A stretch of 64,000 nucleotides of DNA from Malacoraja senta (taxonomy: Eukaryota): the NCBI GenBank assembly GCA_038087875.1, contig CM075992.1, positions 8,000,001 through 8,064,000 of the forward strand, in the 5' to 3' direction. Both the position numbers and the translations under genes were made by a program. This document shows, in pieces, positions 12,345-24,477 of this stretch. The notes under the pieces were generated by a model. It saw nothing but the letters and a program-made list of their open reading frames with translations, was not told the DNA's origin and did no database searches. Each line of letters begins with the position of its first letter. The first letter of the stretch is position 1.

Positions 12345-12645
12345 CGGTCACTGTGGTACAGCGGTAGAGTTCCTGCCTTACAGCGAATGCAGCACCGGAG
12401 ACCCGGGTTCCATCCCGACTACGGGTGCTGTCTGTACGGAGTTTGCACGTTCCCCCCGTGAGTTTTCTCCCAGATCTTCGGTTTCCTCCCACACTCCAAA
12501 GACGTACAGGTATGTAGGTGAATTGGCTTGGTAAATGTAAAAATTGTCCCTAGTGTAGGGTAGTGTTAATATGCAGGGATCGCTGGTCGGCACGGACCCG
12601 GTGGGCCGAACGGCCTGTTCCGGCACTGTATCTCTAAAACTAAAT
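12345..12645 (+). mobile_element. HE1/V-SINE
   Basis: tRNA-like head, V-domain, GGGCCGAA..CTGTATCTCTAAA tail. Confidence 0.85.
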
Positions 12646-13281
12646 ATGTGAGACAGCACAAGGCAGTCAGCTCCAGGCCGCTCCACCCTTCAATAAGTTC
12701 ACGGCTGGTCCAATCTGGTCTTCAACAACCTTCTCCCCGTCTTCTCCATGACGGAAGACTTCAGGGAACAAGATCTCCGCAAATACATATTCACCGACAC
12801 CACCTCAAATGGGGAACAGATAACAAACGCACCCATCCTTTCACCCAGTCAGGGGAAATCAAGGACCAAAGGACATGGGTTTGAGGTGAGGGGGGAACGA
12901 TTTAATCGGAACCCGAGGGGCAACAACTTGTTTTTATTATTAATTTATATTATTTATTATTATTATTATTATTAATTTACATATTGTCTAGGGCGAGAGG
13001 TCATAGCCTCAGAATTAAAGGATATTCTTTTAGGAAGGCGATGGGGAGAACTTTCTTTAGTCAGAGGGTGGTGAATCTGTGGAATTCTTCGCCACAGAAG
13101 GCTGTGAAGGCCAAGTCAATGGATATTTTAAAGATTAGTACAGGTGTCGGAGGTTATGGGGAGAAGGCAGGAGAATGGGGTTAGGAGGGAGAGATAGATC
13201 AGCCATGATTGAATGACGGAGTAGACTTGATGGGCCGAATGGCTTAATTCTACTCCTATCACCTTACATGGGCAGTGGGTG

Positions 13282-14230
13282 TATAATAATAATAATAATA
13301 GATTTTATTTATATAGCGCTTTTCAGGACTCAAAGTCGCTTTACAATTGAGAGTCAGGAATAAACAAAACAAAATAGAGCAGTAAGACAGAGGGGAGGGG
13401 AACATGGGACTAAGGGTATGCAGAGGTGAAGAGGTGGGTCTTGAGGCGGGACTGGAAGATGGTGAGGGACTCAGAATTTCGGACCGGTTGTGGGAGGGAA
13501 TTCCAGAGCCTGGGATCTGCCCTGGAGAAGGCTCTGCCTCCAAAAGTGCAGAGGTTTGATTTCGGAGTGGAGAGGAGACCAGCTGATGTGGATCTGAGGG
13601 ACCGTGAGGGTTGGTAGGGGGAGAGGAGGTCAATGAGATAAGGGGGGGCCAGGTTGTTGAGGGCTTTGTAGGTGAGGACCAGGATTTTGTAGGTGATCCG
13701 GTGGGAAATGGGAAGCCAGTGAAGTTCTTTGAGAACTGGTGTGATGTGGTGCCAGGATTTGGTGTGGGTAATGAGTCGAGCGGCTGCATTCTGGACCAGT
13801 TGGAGTCGGTTGATGCTGCTGGAATTGATTCCGAAAAGAAGAGAGTTACAGTAGTCCAGTCGGGAGGAGATGAAGGCATGGATGAGTCTTTCAGCAGCGG
13901 GGGGTGTGAGAGACGATCTGATTTTTGCAATGTTGCGGAGGTGAAAAAATGATGTTTTGACAACATGGCGGATGTGAGGCTCAAGGGAGAGGGTTGAGTC
14001 AAAGATCACACCAAGGTTGCGGGCCTGAGGAGATGGGGAGACAGTGGTGCCGTCGATAGTGAGAGTGGGGTTGTTAATTTTAGTGAGTGTTGATTTGGAG
14101 CCAATGAGGAGAAATTATGTTTTGCTACTGTTTAATTTAAGGAAGTTGAGTTGCATCCAAGATTTGATGGCTGATAGGCAGGAGTTGATATGGGAGAGAG
14201 GGGGGTGATGGGGGGACTTGGTGCTGAGAC
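13282..14230 (-). mobile_element. L2-clade LINE 3' fragment
   Basis: ORF 13410-14009: FDSTLSLEPHI, SRLDYCNSLL, LHWLPI, RLWNSLP; (TAT)n tail. Confidence 0.9.
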
Positions 14231-16019
14231 AACCTTGTATGGGACAACCTTCCAGAGGACGCAGTTGAGGCGGGTACTATAACAGCATATAGAAGACATT
14301 TGGACAGGTACATGGCTAAGAGTTTAGAGGGATCTGGGCCTAATGTGGGCAGGTGGGACGAATGTAAATGAGGCATCTTGGTCGGCATTGACAAGTTGGG
14401 CTGAAGGGCCTGTTTCTCTACTGTACGACCGTGAATCCACAAGCATTAGATTGAGAACTCCAAAGATTAATCACGCTTCAATAAGAGAAATTCTTCTCCA
14501 TCACCATCTGGACTGGGGCACTCGATATTCTACAACTGAATGGGTTATGCATTGTCACATGTACAGAGGTACAGTTCCAGTCAAACCTACCCGTACATAA
14601 CACGAGTACAATAGATCCTCTTCTGGAACAGCAGGCACAGAGTCGCCATCTTCCAGGATGTTTCATTGTGGGAGAGTCTAGACTAGTGGAAGAGGTCATA
14701 GCATCAGTTAAAGGACGTCCTTTTAGGAAGGAGATGAGGAGAACTTTCTTTAGTCAGAGGGTGGTGAATCTGTGGGATTCTTTGCCACAGAAGGCTGCGG
14801 AGAGCAAGTCAGTGGATATTTTAAAGGCAGAGATAGATAGATTCTTGATTAGTGCGGGTGTCAGGGGTTATGGGGAGAAGGCAGGAGAATGGGGTTAGGA
14901 GGGAGAGATAGATCAGCCATGATTGAATGTGGATAAAACTGCTGGAGAAACTCACCGGGTGAGGCGGCATCTATGGAGAGAAGGAATAGGCGAGGTTATG
15001 GGTTGAGACCCTTCTTCAGAAAGGCAACGTTTCGGATCGAGACCTTTCTTCAGACTTGATGGGCCGAATGGCCTAATTCTACTCCTATCCTTTATGACCT
15101 TCCTGCGCCACCTTGCAAATTCAAGTCTCTGAAAAGTCTTAGAATTTGCAAAATGGCGCCAAGCGTGGCGACTCTGAACACGGGTCTGTGGCGCTGTAAG
15201 GCAGCAAATCGACCGCTGCGCCATTGTGCCGTCCCACGCTGGACCTTCTGATCTCTCGAACGGGATGATGGAGGCCCTGGCCATGAAAGATGAGCATATT
15301 TAGCAAGCGACTCTTGACAAGGCCCACAGCAAAGTGTACGAGTTCTCCGTATCATTCAAAACTGAAGAGCTGGGCCAACTGACAATAGACAATAGGTGCA
15401 GGAGTAAGCCATTTGGCCCTTCGAGCCAGCACCGCCAATCAATGCGATCATGGCTGATCATCCCCAATCAGTACCCCGTTCCTGCCTTCTCCCCATATCC
15501 CCTGACTCCGCTATCTTTAAGAGCCCTATCTAGCTCTCTCTTGAAAACATCCAGAGAACCGGCCTCCACCGCCCTCTGAGGCAGAGAATTCCACAGACTC
15601 ACCACTTTCTGTGAGAAAAAGTGTTTCCTCGTCTCCGTTCTAAATGGCTTACCCCTTATTCTTAAACTGTGGCCCCTGGTTCTGGACTCCCCCAACATCG
15701 GGAACATGTTTCCTGCCTCTAACGTGTCCAAGCCCTTAACAATCTTATATGTTTCAATGAGAACCCCTCTTATCCTTCCAAACTCCAGAGTGTACAAGCC
15801 CAGCTGCTCCATTCTCTCAGCATATGACAGTCCCGCCATACCGGGAATTAACCTTGTAAACCTACGCTGCACTCCCTCAATAGCAAGAATGTCCTTCCTC
15901 AAATTATGGGACCAAAACTGCACACAATACTCCAGGTGTGGTCTCACTAGGGCCTTGTACTGCAGAAGGACCTCTTTGCTCCTATATTCGATTCCTCTTG
16001 TTCTAAAGGCCAACATCCC

Positions 16020-16246
16020 TATCGAATTATTCTTATAATGAGGCTCGTACAACGACGTAATCGGAGTCTGTCTTTATTTAGCAACTCACTACAGCAGCAG
16101 CCTCGTGCTGCATCCCCGGGCCCTGCTGCTAGGCCTCTCTCCGGTTACGCCCACAGCCCCACCTTCAGGCCGGATGCCGTCACTGCAGCCTGACCACTGG
16201 CAGCAGAATAAAGGCATTCCTTACTCTATTATTCCATAATACCACA
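16020..16246 (-). repeat. 3' LTR of gypsy element
   Basis: Direct repeat of 20390-20616; preceded on the element strand by PPT AAAGAAAGGGAGA (16259-16247). Confidence 0.97.
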
Positions 16247-16357
16247 TCTCCCTTTCTTTGAGAACAAAGGGTGGACTACCTTTGTCTCTGCAGGTCTTAA
16301 GGGGTTTATTCTGCCCTTTTGCTGAAAGACCTGTCCCTGATCAAATAAATCAATAAA

Positions 16358-19300
16358 TCACCAATCAAGTCTCTGCGGCTTTCTAACCTCTCTCCCACAC
16401 CTGGTCCGCACAGTCTCTGTGGTGGGGCCCTCTCTGCCGGGTGATGTTGTCACTGGTGGAGCTGGCTCTGGTGTAGGTGAATCTTCTCCCACCGGTGGCT
16501 CATCAGCATCGACTACCCCACTGTTGGTCTGCAGCGGCACCAAGTGATGCCGGTTCCTCCTCAGTGTGCCCTGAGGCACCTGGACGATATAAGAGCGAGG
16601 GGTGTTGTGTGTAGATAGCACTGTGCCCTGGACTCGTGCATCGGTGATCCACACATCCTCCCCAGGTACGAGTGGCTCCAGGTTTCTCGCTCCGTGCCTC
16701 TTGTCGAAGGATCTTGCGTCGTTCCTCCTCTTCTCCCTTTCTTTGGCCCCCAGCGCGTTGTAGTCAGGCAAAACTGGATTCAGCAGGGTTGGAAGGGCAG
16801 GAACTGTAGTGCGGAGGCGGCGCCCCATCAACAGCTCGGCCGGGCTATAGCCGTTCTGTAGAGGGGTTGCTCTGTAGGCCAGCAATGCAAGATATGGGTC
16901 TGATGCCTTTGTTAGCAGGTTTTTCACGGTTTGTACAGCGCGTTCCGCCTCCCCATTGCTCTGAGGAAACTTGGGGCTGCTCGTGATGTGCACAAAGCCA
17001 TACTCTGCTGCAAAGGCTTTAAAGTGGCTACCTGAGAACTGGGGCCCATTGTCACTTTTAAGAAATTCCCCAATTCCATGACGACAAAACATGGATTTCA
17101 GGTGCACCACCACATCTGTGGACCTTGTGTGTGTCAGCAGCGCAACTTCCACATACCTTGAGAAATAATCTACTACTAGTAGATAAGTCTTGTTTTTCAG
17201 CGTGAACAGGTCAGCTCCCAAGGTTTGCCAAGGCCTGTCTGGCATCTCCGTTGGCATCAGCGGCTCTTTGACGTTCCTTCTCTCTTGGATGCAGGTTCTA
17301 CATTTCAGCACCATGTCATTCAGCTGGCTGCTGAGTCCTGGCCACCATACCGTCTGTTTGGCCCGGCCCCTGCACTTTGTCACCCCCAGGTGTCCCTCAT
17401 GTAGTCTCTGCAGCACATCACCTTGTAAGGCTGTTGGGATGACGAGTCTCGTGCCCCGCAGCAGCAGCCCATCGTGCACAGTCAGCACTGCTCTATCAGC
17501 CCAGTAATGTCTCAGCACTCCCTGCAGTTGGCTTTTGTCGGGCCACCCGTCTGTGCAGTACTCCATCAGTGCAGAGCATGTGCTGTCTGCCTTCAGGTGC
17601 TCACGTAGGCTGCTCAGATAATCTCCACTGACAGGAATGTTGCTGATGACAGAGTCTACATAGATGTTGGTGTCCTCTAATAGGCTTATGTCTGTGTGTG
17701 CTCTTGCGGCTCTCAGAGGAGCACGAGATAAGGTGTCGGCTGTCCACAGGCTTTTGCCAGGGACATGATTGACTGTATAGTTGTACCTCATGAGTCTCAT
17801 CCTAAATCTTTGGATTCTTGGTGGGAGGTCATCCAAAGCTTTCCTTCCCAGCAGACTCACCAACGGCTTATGGTCAGTTTCCAGCTCGAATGGTCTTCCC
17901 AGGATGAAACAGCTGAACCTTTCACATGCCCACGTTGCAGCCAATGCCTCCTTCTCTACTTGAGCATAGCGCTGCTCTGTTGGCGTCATTGACCTGGACG
18001 CATATGCCACAGGTGACCACATGGCATCGCTCTTCTGCAGCAGGACTGCCCCCAGGCCAAAGGAAGAAGCATCAGCAGAGATCTTTAAAGCACTGTTTGG
18101 GTTGTATAATGTGAGCACTGGTGTGGATGACAGCTCTGTTTTTAACTGATCAAAGGCGGCCTGCTGCTCTGTCCCCCAGTACCAGTGGTTCTTCTTGGAC
18201 AGCAGGTCTCGTAGCACTTTGTCTTTTTCAGCCAGGTTAGGCAAGAAGCGGCCCAGCTGATTGACCATGCCCAGAAAACTCCTGAGTTCGCTGACATTTT
18301 TGGGTGCATCCATCTCTTGTACTGCTCTCGTCTTCTCTGGATCTGGCTTCACTCCATCTGCTGAAATCACATGACCCAGGAATCTGACTGTGTGGCGTGT
18401 GAGCTCACATTTGTCCATGTTGAGCGTAATGCCGGCCTTTTGTGCCTTCTTTAGCACCGCATGTAGCCGCACATCATGCTCCTCCTGCGTCTGTCCCCAG
18501 ACCAGGATGTCGTCCATGTGACACAGTACCCCCTCCAGGCCACCAGTCACTTCTGTCACCATCATCCTTTGAAAGTGCTCGGGGGCTGATGCTATGCCAA
18601 AGGGTAGACGGTTAAAATAGTAGCGCCCATAAGGCGTGATGAAGGTGGTGTATTTGGCAGACTCTTTTGTCAATGGTACTTGCCAAAAGCCCATGTTGGC
18701 ATCTAATTTGCTGAAGACTGTTGCGCCAGCTAGCATGCCCAGAGTGTGCTCGACAGAAGGCAGGATAAACTTTTCTCTGCATACTGATTCATTCATCATT
18801 GTGAAATCCACACAAATGCGAACATCACCAGCTTTTTTCGGCACCACCACCATCCCGGCACACCAATCAGTCGGCTCCTCAATCTTGGTGATTACGCCCA
18901 TCTTCTCCATACGGTCTATCTCCTCCTTCACTTTTCCCATAAGCGGCAGAGGGACTCTGCGTGGTGTGTGGAGAGAGAAGGGCACAGCCTCTGGCTTTAA
19001 TTTAATTGAGTATGGCCTCAGAACAAGACCCAAGCCGCTACACAGCTTCGGATATTGTTGTTTCATTGATTCCATGGTGATGCTGTCAACCCTGCACACA
19101 AGCTGAAGCTGTTCTATGGCAGGCCTTCCCAACAGTGCAGTGTGCAGGTCTTTTACTACATAAATGTTCTCTATGGCTGTCTTTTTGCCTCTGCGCAGTG
19201 TTTCTCTGGCTACACCTAGGACAGAGAGTGCATTGCCCCCTGGCCCAAACAACGGGCGTGTCGGCACTGCCAGGCGCTTCACATCATGCCCCCCTGTAAT

Positions 19301-20293
19301 GTCATGGTACACCTCGGCTGGCATGGCGGTGACATCAGCACCAGTGTCTATTTTAAAGCACACTTTTTTTTGTCTCACTTGTAGCTGCACCGTCCACGGG
19401 TCTTTTCCAGCATCCACGGCTCCCAGGAAAAAGCTCTCTTCTTCCTCTGTAGTGACAGCATTCAGAGATTTTGCACTGTTTCTGCACACTTTGCCATAAT
19501 GTCCCTTTTTGCCACAGTTGTGACACACAGCATCTTTAGCAGGGCATTCCCATTTTCCATGCGAGGGCATTTTTCCACATCTATAACAGGCCTTTGAACC
19601 TGGCTGTGGCCGTATATTAAGTTTATTTTTGCCTGGTGTTTGTGCTTGTGGCTGAGGCTTTGAGGGAAATTTGGGTTTTCTGTAGCTTTTAGCATGCACA
19701 GCATCAACATTAGAGCACTTGCTAGCACCGCCATTTTCTCCTCTTAAGTCAGACCGCTGTCGTCTAACTTCTTCAGACTGCCTTGTCTTTGTTATCGCAG
19801 TTCCAAGGGTTAGGTCTCTGTCTAGCTGTAGCTTTTCTGACAATGAGACGTTTCTCAGCCCGACCACTAACCTGTCGCGGATCAGCTCGTTCTGTAACTG
19901 TCCATAGTTGCAGTGTTCAGCTAATCCGTATAGAGCAGTTATGAAGGAATCCACCGTTTCTTCTGGCAGTTGCACACGCTGATTGAACTTGGCTCTTTCG
20001 TAGATTACATTCTTTTTAGGCACAAAAAATGCATCAAAGCCAGCCTTAACATCCGTGTACACCTTCCTCTCATCTGCAGTTAGCGTTAGCCCCTTTAGCA
20101 CATCTTCGGCTTCATCACCCATGCAGTACACTAACGTGTTCACCTGGTTTACTTCCGACGTTGCGTTTAAGTTGCTTGCAAGCCGAAAGCGGTCGAATCT
20201 CCTGATCCAACGCTCCCATTCTTGAGGCTTGGTAAAATCGAATGGCTCTGGAGGTTGTATTGTGAACGTAGCAGTTGGTGTAGGTTGCGCCAT
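16358..20293 (-). CDS. Gag-Pol polyprotein (1311 aa): Gag with two zinc knuckles, aspartic protease, RT, RNase H, integrase
   Basis: CYRC..H..C and CHNCGKKGHYGKVC; KIDTGAD; RLPFG and HMDD; ADAS..TDHKPL; HEGH..CRTC, VVDYFS, SDNGPQF, SNGEAER. PR-RT-RH-IN order is gypsy-type. Confidence 0.96.
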   Translation of the reverse strand: MAQPTPTATFTIQPPEPFDFTKPQEWERWIRRFDRFRLASNLNATSEVNQVNTLVYCMGDEAEDVLKGLTLTADERKVYTDVKAGFDAFFVPKKNVIYERAKFNQRVQLPEETVDSFITALYGLAEHCNYGQLQNELIRDRLVVGLRNVSLSEKLQLDRDLTLGTAITKTRQSEEVRRQRSDLRGENGGASKCSNVDAVHAKSYRKPKFPSKPQPQAQTPGKNKLNIRPQPGSKACYRCGKMPSHGKWECPAKDAVCHNCGKKGHYGKVCRNSAKSLNAVTTEEEESFFLGAVDAGKDPWTVQLQVRQKKVCFKIDTGADVTAMPAEVYHDITGGHDVKRLAVPTRPLFGPGGNALSVLGVARETLRRGKKTAIENIYVVKDLHTALLGRPAIEQLQLVCRVDSITMESMKQQYPKLCSGLGLVLRPYSIKLKPEAVPFSLHTPRRVPLPLMGKVKEEIDRMEKMGVITKIEEPTDWCAGMVVVPKKAGDVRICVDFTMMNESVCREKFILPSVEHTLGMLAGATVFSKLDANMGFWQVPLTKESAKYTTFITPYGRYYFNRLPFGIASAPEHFQRMMVTEVTGGLEGVLCHMDDILVWGQTQEEHDVRLHAVLKKAQKAGITLNMDKCELTRHTVRFLGHVISADGVKPDPEKTRAVQEMDAPKNVSELRSFLGMVNQLGRFLPNLAEKDKVLRDLLSKKNHWYWGTEQQAAFDQLKTELSSTPVLTLYNPNSALKISADASSFGLGAVLLQKSDAMWSPVAYASRSMTPTEQRYAQVEKEALAATWACERFSCFILGRPFELETDHKPLVSLLGRKALDDLPPRIQRFRMRLMRYNYTVNHVPGKSLWTADTLSRAPLRAARAHTDISLLEDTNIYVDSVISNIPVSGDYLSSLREHLKADSTCSALMEYCTDGWPDKSQLQGVLRHYWADRAVLTVHDGLLLRGTRLVIPTALQGDVLQRLHEGHLGVTKCRGRAKQTVWWPGLSSQLNDMVLKCRTCIQERRNVKEPLMPTEMPDRPWQTLGADLFTLKNKTYLLVVDYFSRYVEVALLTHTRSTDVVVHLKSMFCRHGIGEFLKSDNGPQFSGSHFKAFAAEYGFVHITSSPKFPQSNGEAERAVQTVKNLLTKASDPYLALLAYRATPLQNGYSPAELLMGRRLRTTVPALPTLLNPVLPDYNALGAKEREKRRNDARSFDKRHGARNLEPLVPGEDVWITDARVQGTVLSTHNTPRSYIVQVPQGTLRRNRHHLVPLQTNSGVVDADEPPVGEDSPTPEPAPPVTTSPGREGPTTETVRTRCGREVRKPQRLDW

Positions 20294-20371
20294 ATCTGCC
20301 AGCTCATCTCACCTTTCTCCGCCAAAACGATACACTTTCCTCTTCTTCTTTTTTTTTTTTCGCTTACAAGT

Positions 20372-20389
20372 ATCCCGTTTCTGACACCA
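20372..20389 (-). promoter_or_regulatory. Primer binding site (tRNA-Leu-like)
   Basis: TGGTGTCAGAAACGGGAT directly after the 5' LTR resembles the complement of the tRNA-Leu 3' end (TGGTGTCAGAAGTGGGAT, from memory). Confidence 0.8.
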
Positions 20390-20616
20390 TATCGAATTAT
20401 TCTTATAATGAGGCTCGTACAACGACGTAATCGGAGTCTGTCTTTATTTAGCAACTCACTACAGCAGCTGCCTCGTGCTGCATCCCCGGGCCCTGCTGCT
20501 AGGCCTCTCCCCGGTTACGCCCACAGCCCCACCTTCAGGCCGGATGCCGTCACTGCAGCCTGACCACTGGCAGCAGAATAAAGGCATTCCTTACTCTATT
20601 ATTCCATAATACCACA
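20390..20616 (-). repeat. 5' LTR of gypsy element
   Basis: Starts TGTGG at 20616 and ends CGATA at 20390; contains AATAAA on the element strand. Confidence 0.97.
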
Positions 20617-21046
20617 ATCCCATTCGCTTTCTTCACTGCCTGCTGTACCTACATGCTTACTTTCATAGACTGATGAACAAGGACCCCCAGATCCCGTTGT
20701 ACTTCCCCTTTTCCCAACTTGACGCCATTTAGATAGTAATCTGCCTTCCTGTTTTTGCTACCAAAGTGGATAACCTCACATTTATCCACATTAAACTTCA
20801 TCTGCCATGCATCTGCCCACTCCCCCAACCTGTCCAAGTCACCCTGCATTCTCATAGCATCCTCCTCACAGTTCACACTGCCAACCGGCTTTGTGCCATC
20901 TGCAAATTTGCTAATGTTACTTTGAACTGTGTTGGAAGAGAGGCAGAAAAAGCTGGAGCAACTCAGCGGGTCAGGCAGCATCGCTGGGAAAAGGAATAGG
21001 GTTCAGACCCATTTACAGACTCCTAACTGTCCAGACTGGTCCAACT

Positions 21047-21227
21047 GTGTAGGAAGGAACTGCAGATGCTGTTTTAAACCAAAGATAGACTCAAAATACT
21101 GGAGTAACTCCGCGGGACAGGCAGCATCTCTGGAGAGAAAGGGACTCGACCCGAAACGTCACCGATTCCTTCTCTCCAGAGATGCTGCCTGTCCCGCTGA
21201 GTTACTCCAGTATTTCGTGTCCATCAG
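21047..21227. mobile_element. Palindromic Penelope-derived short insert
   Basis: Inverted pair of terminal-repeat pieces flanked by the 11-bp direct repeat CTGGTCCAACT (21036-21046, 21228-21238). Confidence 0.75.
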
Positions 21228-21809
21228 CTGGTCCAACTATTGGCTTAGGGGAACAGAAGGCATCACCAGATGGAAACCAAAACTTCCAGAATGATCCGTA
21301 CGGGAAGGGTGAGAGGATGAGATTCATCGCTCTGACACACAAACACGGTTGCCAGACGCTGGGAGAGAGGGTCAAACGCATCCTCTGCACCAGAGAAACA
21401 TTCAGGGGGGACGGTTGTACTCAAAACCCGAACCAGAGCTCGGGGTGGGGATCGGACTCTGTTTTCACCTCACGAGACAAGTCACACCAGAGGCTGATTT
21501 AGTTTCGACACAAAGTGCTGGAGTAACTCAGTGGGTCAGGTAGCATCTCTGGAGAACGTCCAGGTGACGTTTTGGGTCGGGACCCATCTTCAGACGGTAG
21601 ACAAAATTGCTGGAGAAACTCAGCGGGTGCAGCAGCATCTATGGAGCGAAGGAAAGAGGCAACGCTTCAGCCCGAAACGTTGCCTCTTTCCTTCGCTCCA
21701 TAGATGCTGCCGCACCCGCTGAGTTTCTCCAGCAGTTTTGTCTACCTTCGATTCTCCAGCATCAGCAGTTCCTTCTTGAACACCTTTCTTCAGACTACCT
21801 TCTGATTTA

Positions 21810-22090
21810 ATTCAGTTTAGTTTAGAGATAGAGCATAGAAACACGCCCTTCGGCCCATCGAGTCCGCGCCGACCAGCGATGGCCCGGACACTAGTTCTAT
21901 CTTACACACCTGCGACAATTTGTAGAAGCCAATTAACCTACAAACGCGTACATCTTTGGAGTGTGGGAGGAAACCGGAGCAAACCCACGCAGTCACAGGG
22001 GGAATTTACAAACTCCACACAGACAGCACCCGTAGTGAGGATGGAATCCGGGTATCTGGCGCTGTGAGGCAGCAACTCTACCGCTACTCC
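21810..22090 (-). mobile_element. HE1/V-SINE
   Basis: Reverse complement of the SINE consensus. Confidence 0.85.
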
Positions 22091-22397
22091 ACTTTATCTC
22101 TGCACTGCCACGTCACCAGTGCCACAGGACGTACAACGCGCTTTTATTTCACACGGCGGATATGCAGCATGCTCCATTTTGTCACCATCACTCTAGGCCG
22201 CATCTTCACAAAGGACGGTGACACAGGAAAATAGGCAACGCAGTGGACATTGACCTTTACGTAAGGGGGCATGGGAGGAGAGGCTGCCGGGCACAAGGCA
22301 CAGACGGAAGACCCAAGCTGACATTACCAAAGTGCCACACCACCACTAATGGCTAGCAGATGAATTTTACACTGTTGATGGCACTTGGTTCCCTCTC

Positions 22398-23800
22398 ATA
22401 GAGTGATACAATGTGGAAACAGGCCCTTCGTCCCAACTTGCCCACACCGGCCAACATGTCCCAGCTACACTAGTCCCACCTGCCTGCATTTGGCCCATAT
22501 ACCTCCAAACCTGTCTGTTTCTTAAACATTGGGATTGTCCCTAATTTGAGGAAGGACATTCTTGCTATTGAGGGAGTGCAGCGTAGGTTTACAAGGTTAA
22601 TTCCCGGGATGGCGGGACTGTCATATGCTGAGAGAATGGAGCAGCTGGGCTTGTACACGCTGGAGTTTAGAAGGATGAGAGGGTATCTCATTGAAATATA
22701 TAAGATTGTTAGGGGCTTGGACACGCTAGAGGCAGGAAACATGTTCCCGATGTTGGGGGAGTCCAGAACCAGGGGCCACAGTTTAAGAATAAGGAGTAAG
22801 CCATTTAGAACGGAGACAAGGAAACACTTTTTCTCACAGAGAGTGGTGAGTCTGTGGAATTCTCTGCCTCAGAGGGCGGTGGAGGCAGGTTCTCTGGATG
22901 CTTTCAAGAGAGAGCTAGATAGGGCTCATAAAGATAGTGGAGTCAGGGGATATGGGGAGAAGGCAGGAACGGGGTACTGATTGGGGATGATCTGCCATGA
23001 TCACATCGAAGGGCCAAATGGCCTACTCCTGCACCTATTGTCTATTGTCCCAGCCTCAACTACCTCCTCTAGCAGCTTGTTCCATACACCCATCACCCTT
23101 TGTGTGAAAAAGTTACCCTTCGGATTCCTATTCAATCTTTTACCCCTCACCTTAAACCTATGTCCTCTGTCCCTCGATTCCCCTACTCTGGGCAAGAGAT
23201 CCTGTGCATCTACCCGATCTATTCCTCTTATGATCTTCTCTCTGACCACAACCCCCTCACATCCTGCCGACTTTAGCTGGCTGCAAATGGACACAAAGCG
23301 CTGGAGGAGCGGGCCAGGCAGCATCTCTGGAGAACGTGGAAAGGTGTCATAAGGGCGTCAGGGGTTATGGGGAAAAGGCGGGAGAATGGGGTTGAGAGGG
23401 AGAGATAGATCAGTCATGACTTAATGGTGGAGTAGACTTGATGTTCCCGATGTTGGGGGTGTCCAGAACCAGGGGCCACAGTTTAAGAATAAGGAGTAAG
23501 CCATTTAGAACAGAGATGAGGAAACACTTTTTCACACAGAGAGTTGTGTGTGTGTGGAATTCTCTGCCTCAGAGGGCGGTGGAGGCCGGTTCTCTGGATA
23601 CTTTCGAGAGAGAGCTAGATAGGGCTCTTAAAGATAGCGGAGTCAGGGAATATGGGGAGAAGGCAGGAATGGGGTAGTGATTGTGGATGATCAGCCATGA
23701 TCACATTGAATGGCGGTGCTGGCTCAGGGCCGAATGGCCTACTCCTGCACCTATTGTCTATTGATGGGCCGAATGGCCTAAGTCTGCTCCTAGAAGCTAT
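22398..23800. mobile_element. Cluster of nested CR1 3' fragments
   Basis: ORFs 22546-22980(+), 23001-23324(-) and 23438-23677(+) carry CR1 ORF2 C-terminal motifs. Confidence 0.85.
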
Positions 23801-24477
23801 GAACATATTTCAGGTCCGGACCAGTGTCCTTTTGTGCTCCACAGATGCTGCTAGACCCGCTGAGTTACTCCAGCACTGTGTCCTTTTGTGTAAACCGGCA
23901 CCTGCAGTTCCTTGTCTCTTACATTTAGCTGGTCCCAGTTAGAGGCCCACACTACCACTCAGGTAGCAGCCAGACTAGTATAAGTAGACAAAACATTTGG
24001 AAGGATTGAATCACAATCATTTTTAAAATATAGTTTTCAAACATTAACATTTTATTTAAAAGTGTAACTTACATTTCCAGCAGCTTTGGAACCAATGATA
24101 AATCCACCCCAAATACCAACTCCTGATGAACAGGTTGTAAATCTATCCTCAACTAGGGTGGAGAGTCCAGAACCGGAACTAGAATTAGAGGCTAGGACTT
24201 AAAGGCATAATAAGGACTTAGCAAGGAGATGAGGTGGAATTTCTTTAGCCAGAGGGTTGCGAATCTGTGGAATTCATTGCCACAGACGGCTGTGGAGACC
24301 AAGTCATTGGGTATTTTTAAAAGCAGAGGTTGATAAGGTTCTTGATTAGTACGGGTGTCATATTACAGGGAGAAGGCAGGAGAACGGGGATGAGAGGGGA
24401 AAATAGATCATGATGGAATGACTCAATGGGCTGAATGGCCTAATTCTGGACATCTTATGATCGAATAAAAAAATGTT

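Larger units (their letters stand above)
16020..20616 (-). mobile_element. Full-length Ty3/gypsy LTR retrotransposon (Mag-like)
   Basis: Two 227-bp LTRs differing at 2 positions; 5-bp TSD ATCCC (16015-16019, 20617-20621); tRNA-Leu-type PBS; PPT; single intact gag-pol ORF. Confidence 0.97.
15381..20920 (-). mobile_element. CR1 LINE split by the gypsy insertion (parts 15381-16019 and 20617-20920)
   Basis: CR1 ORF2 motifs ([26 protein letters not shown]) continue across the LTR element at GGCCAACATCCC|ATTCGCTTTC. Confidence 0.9.
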
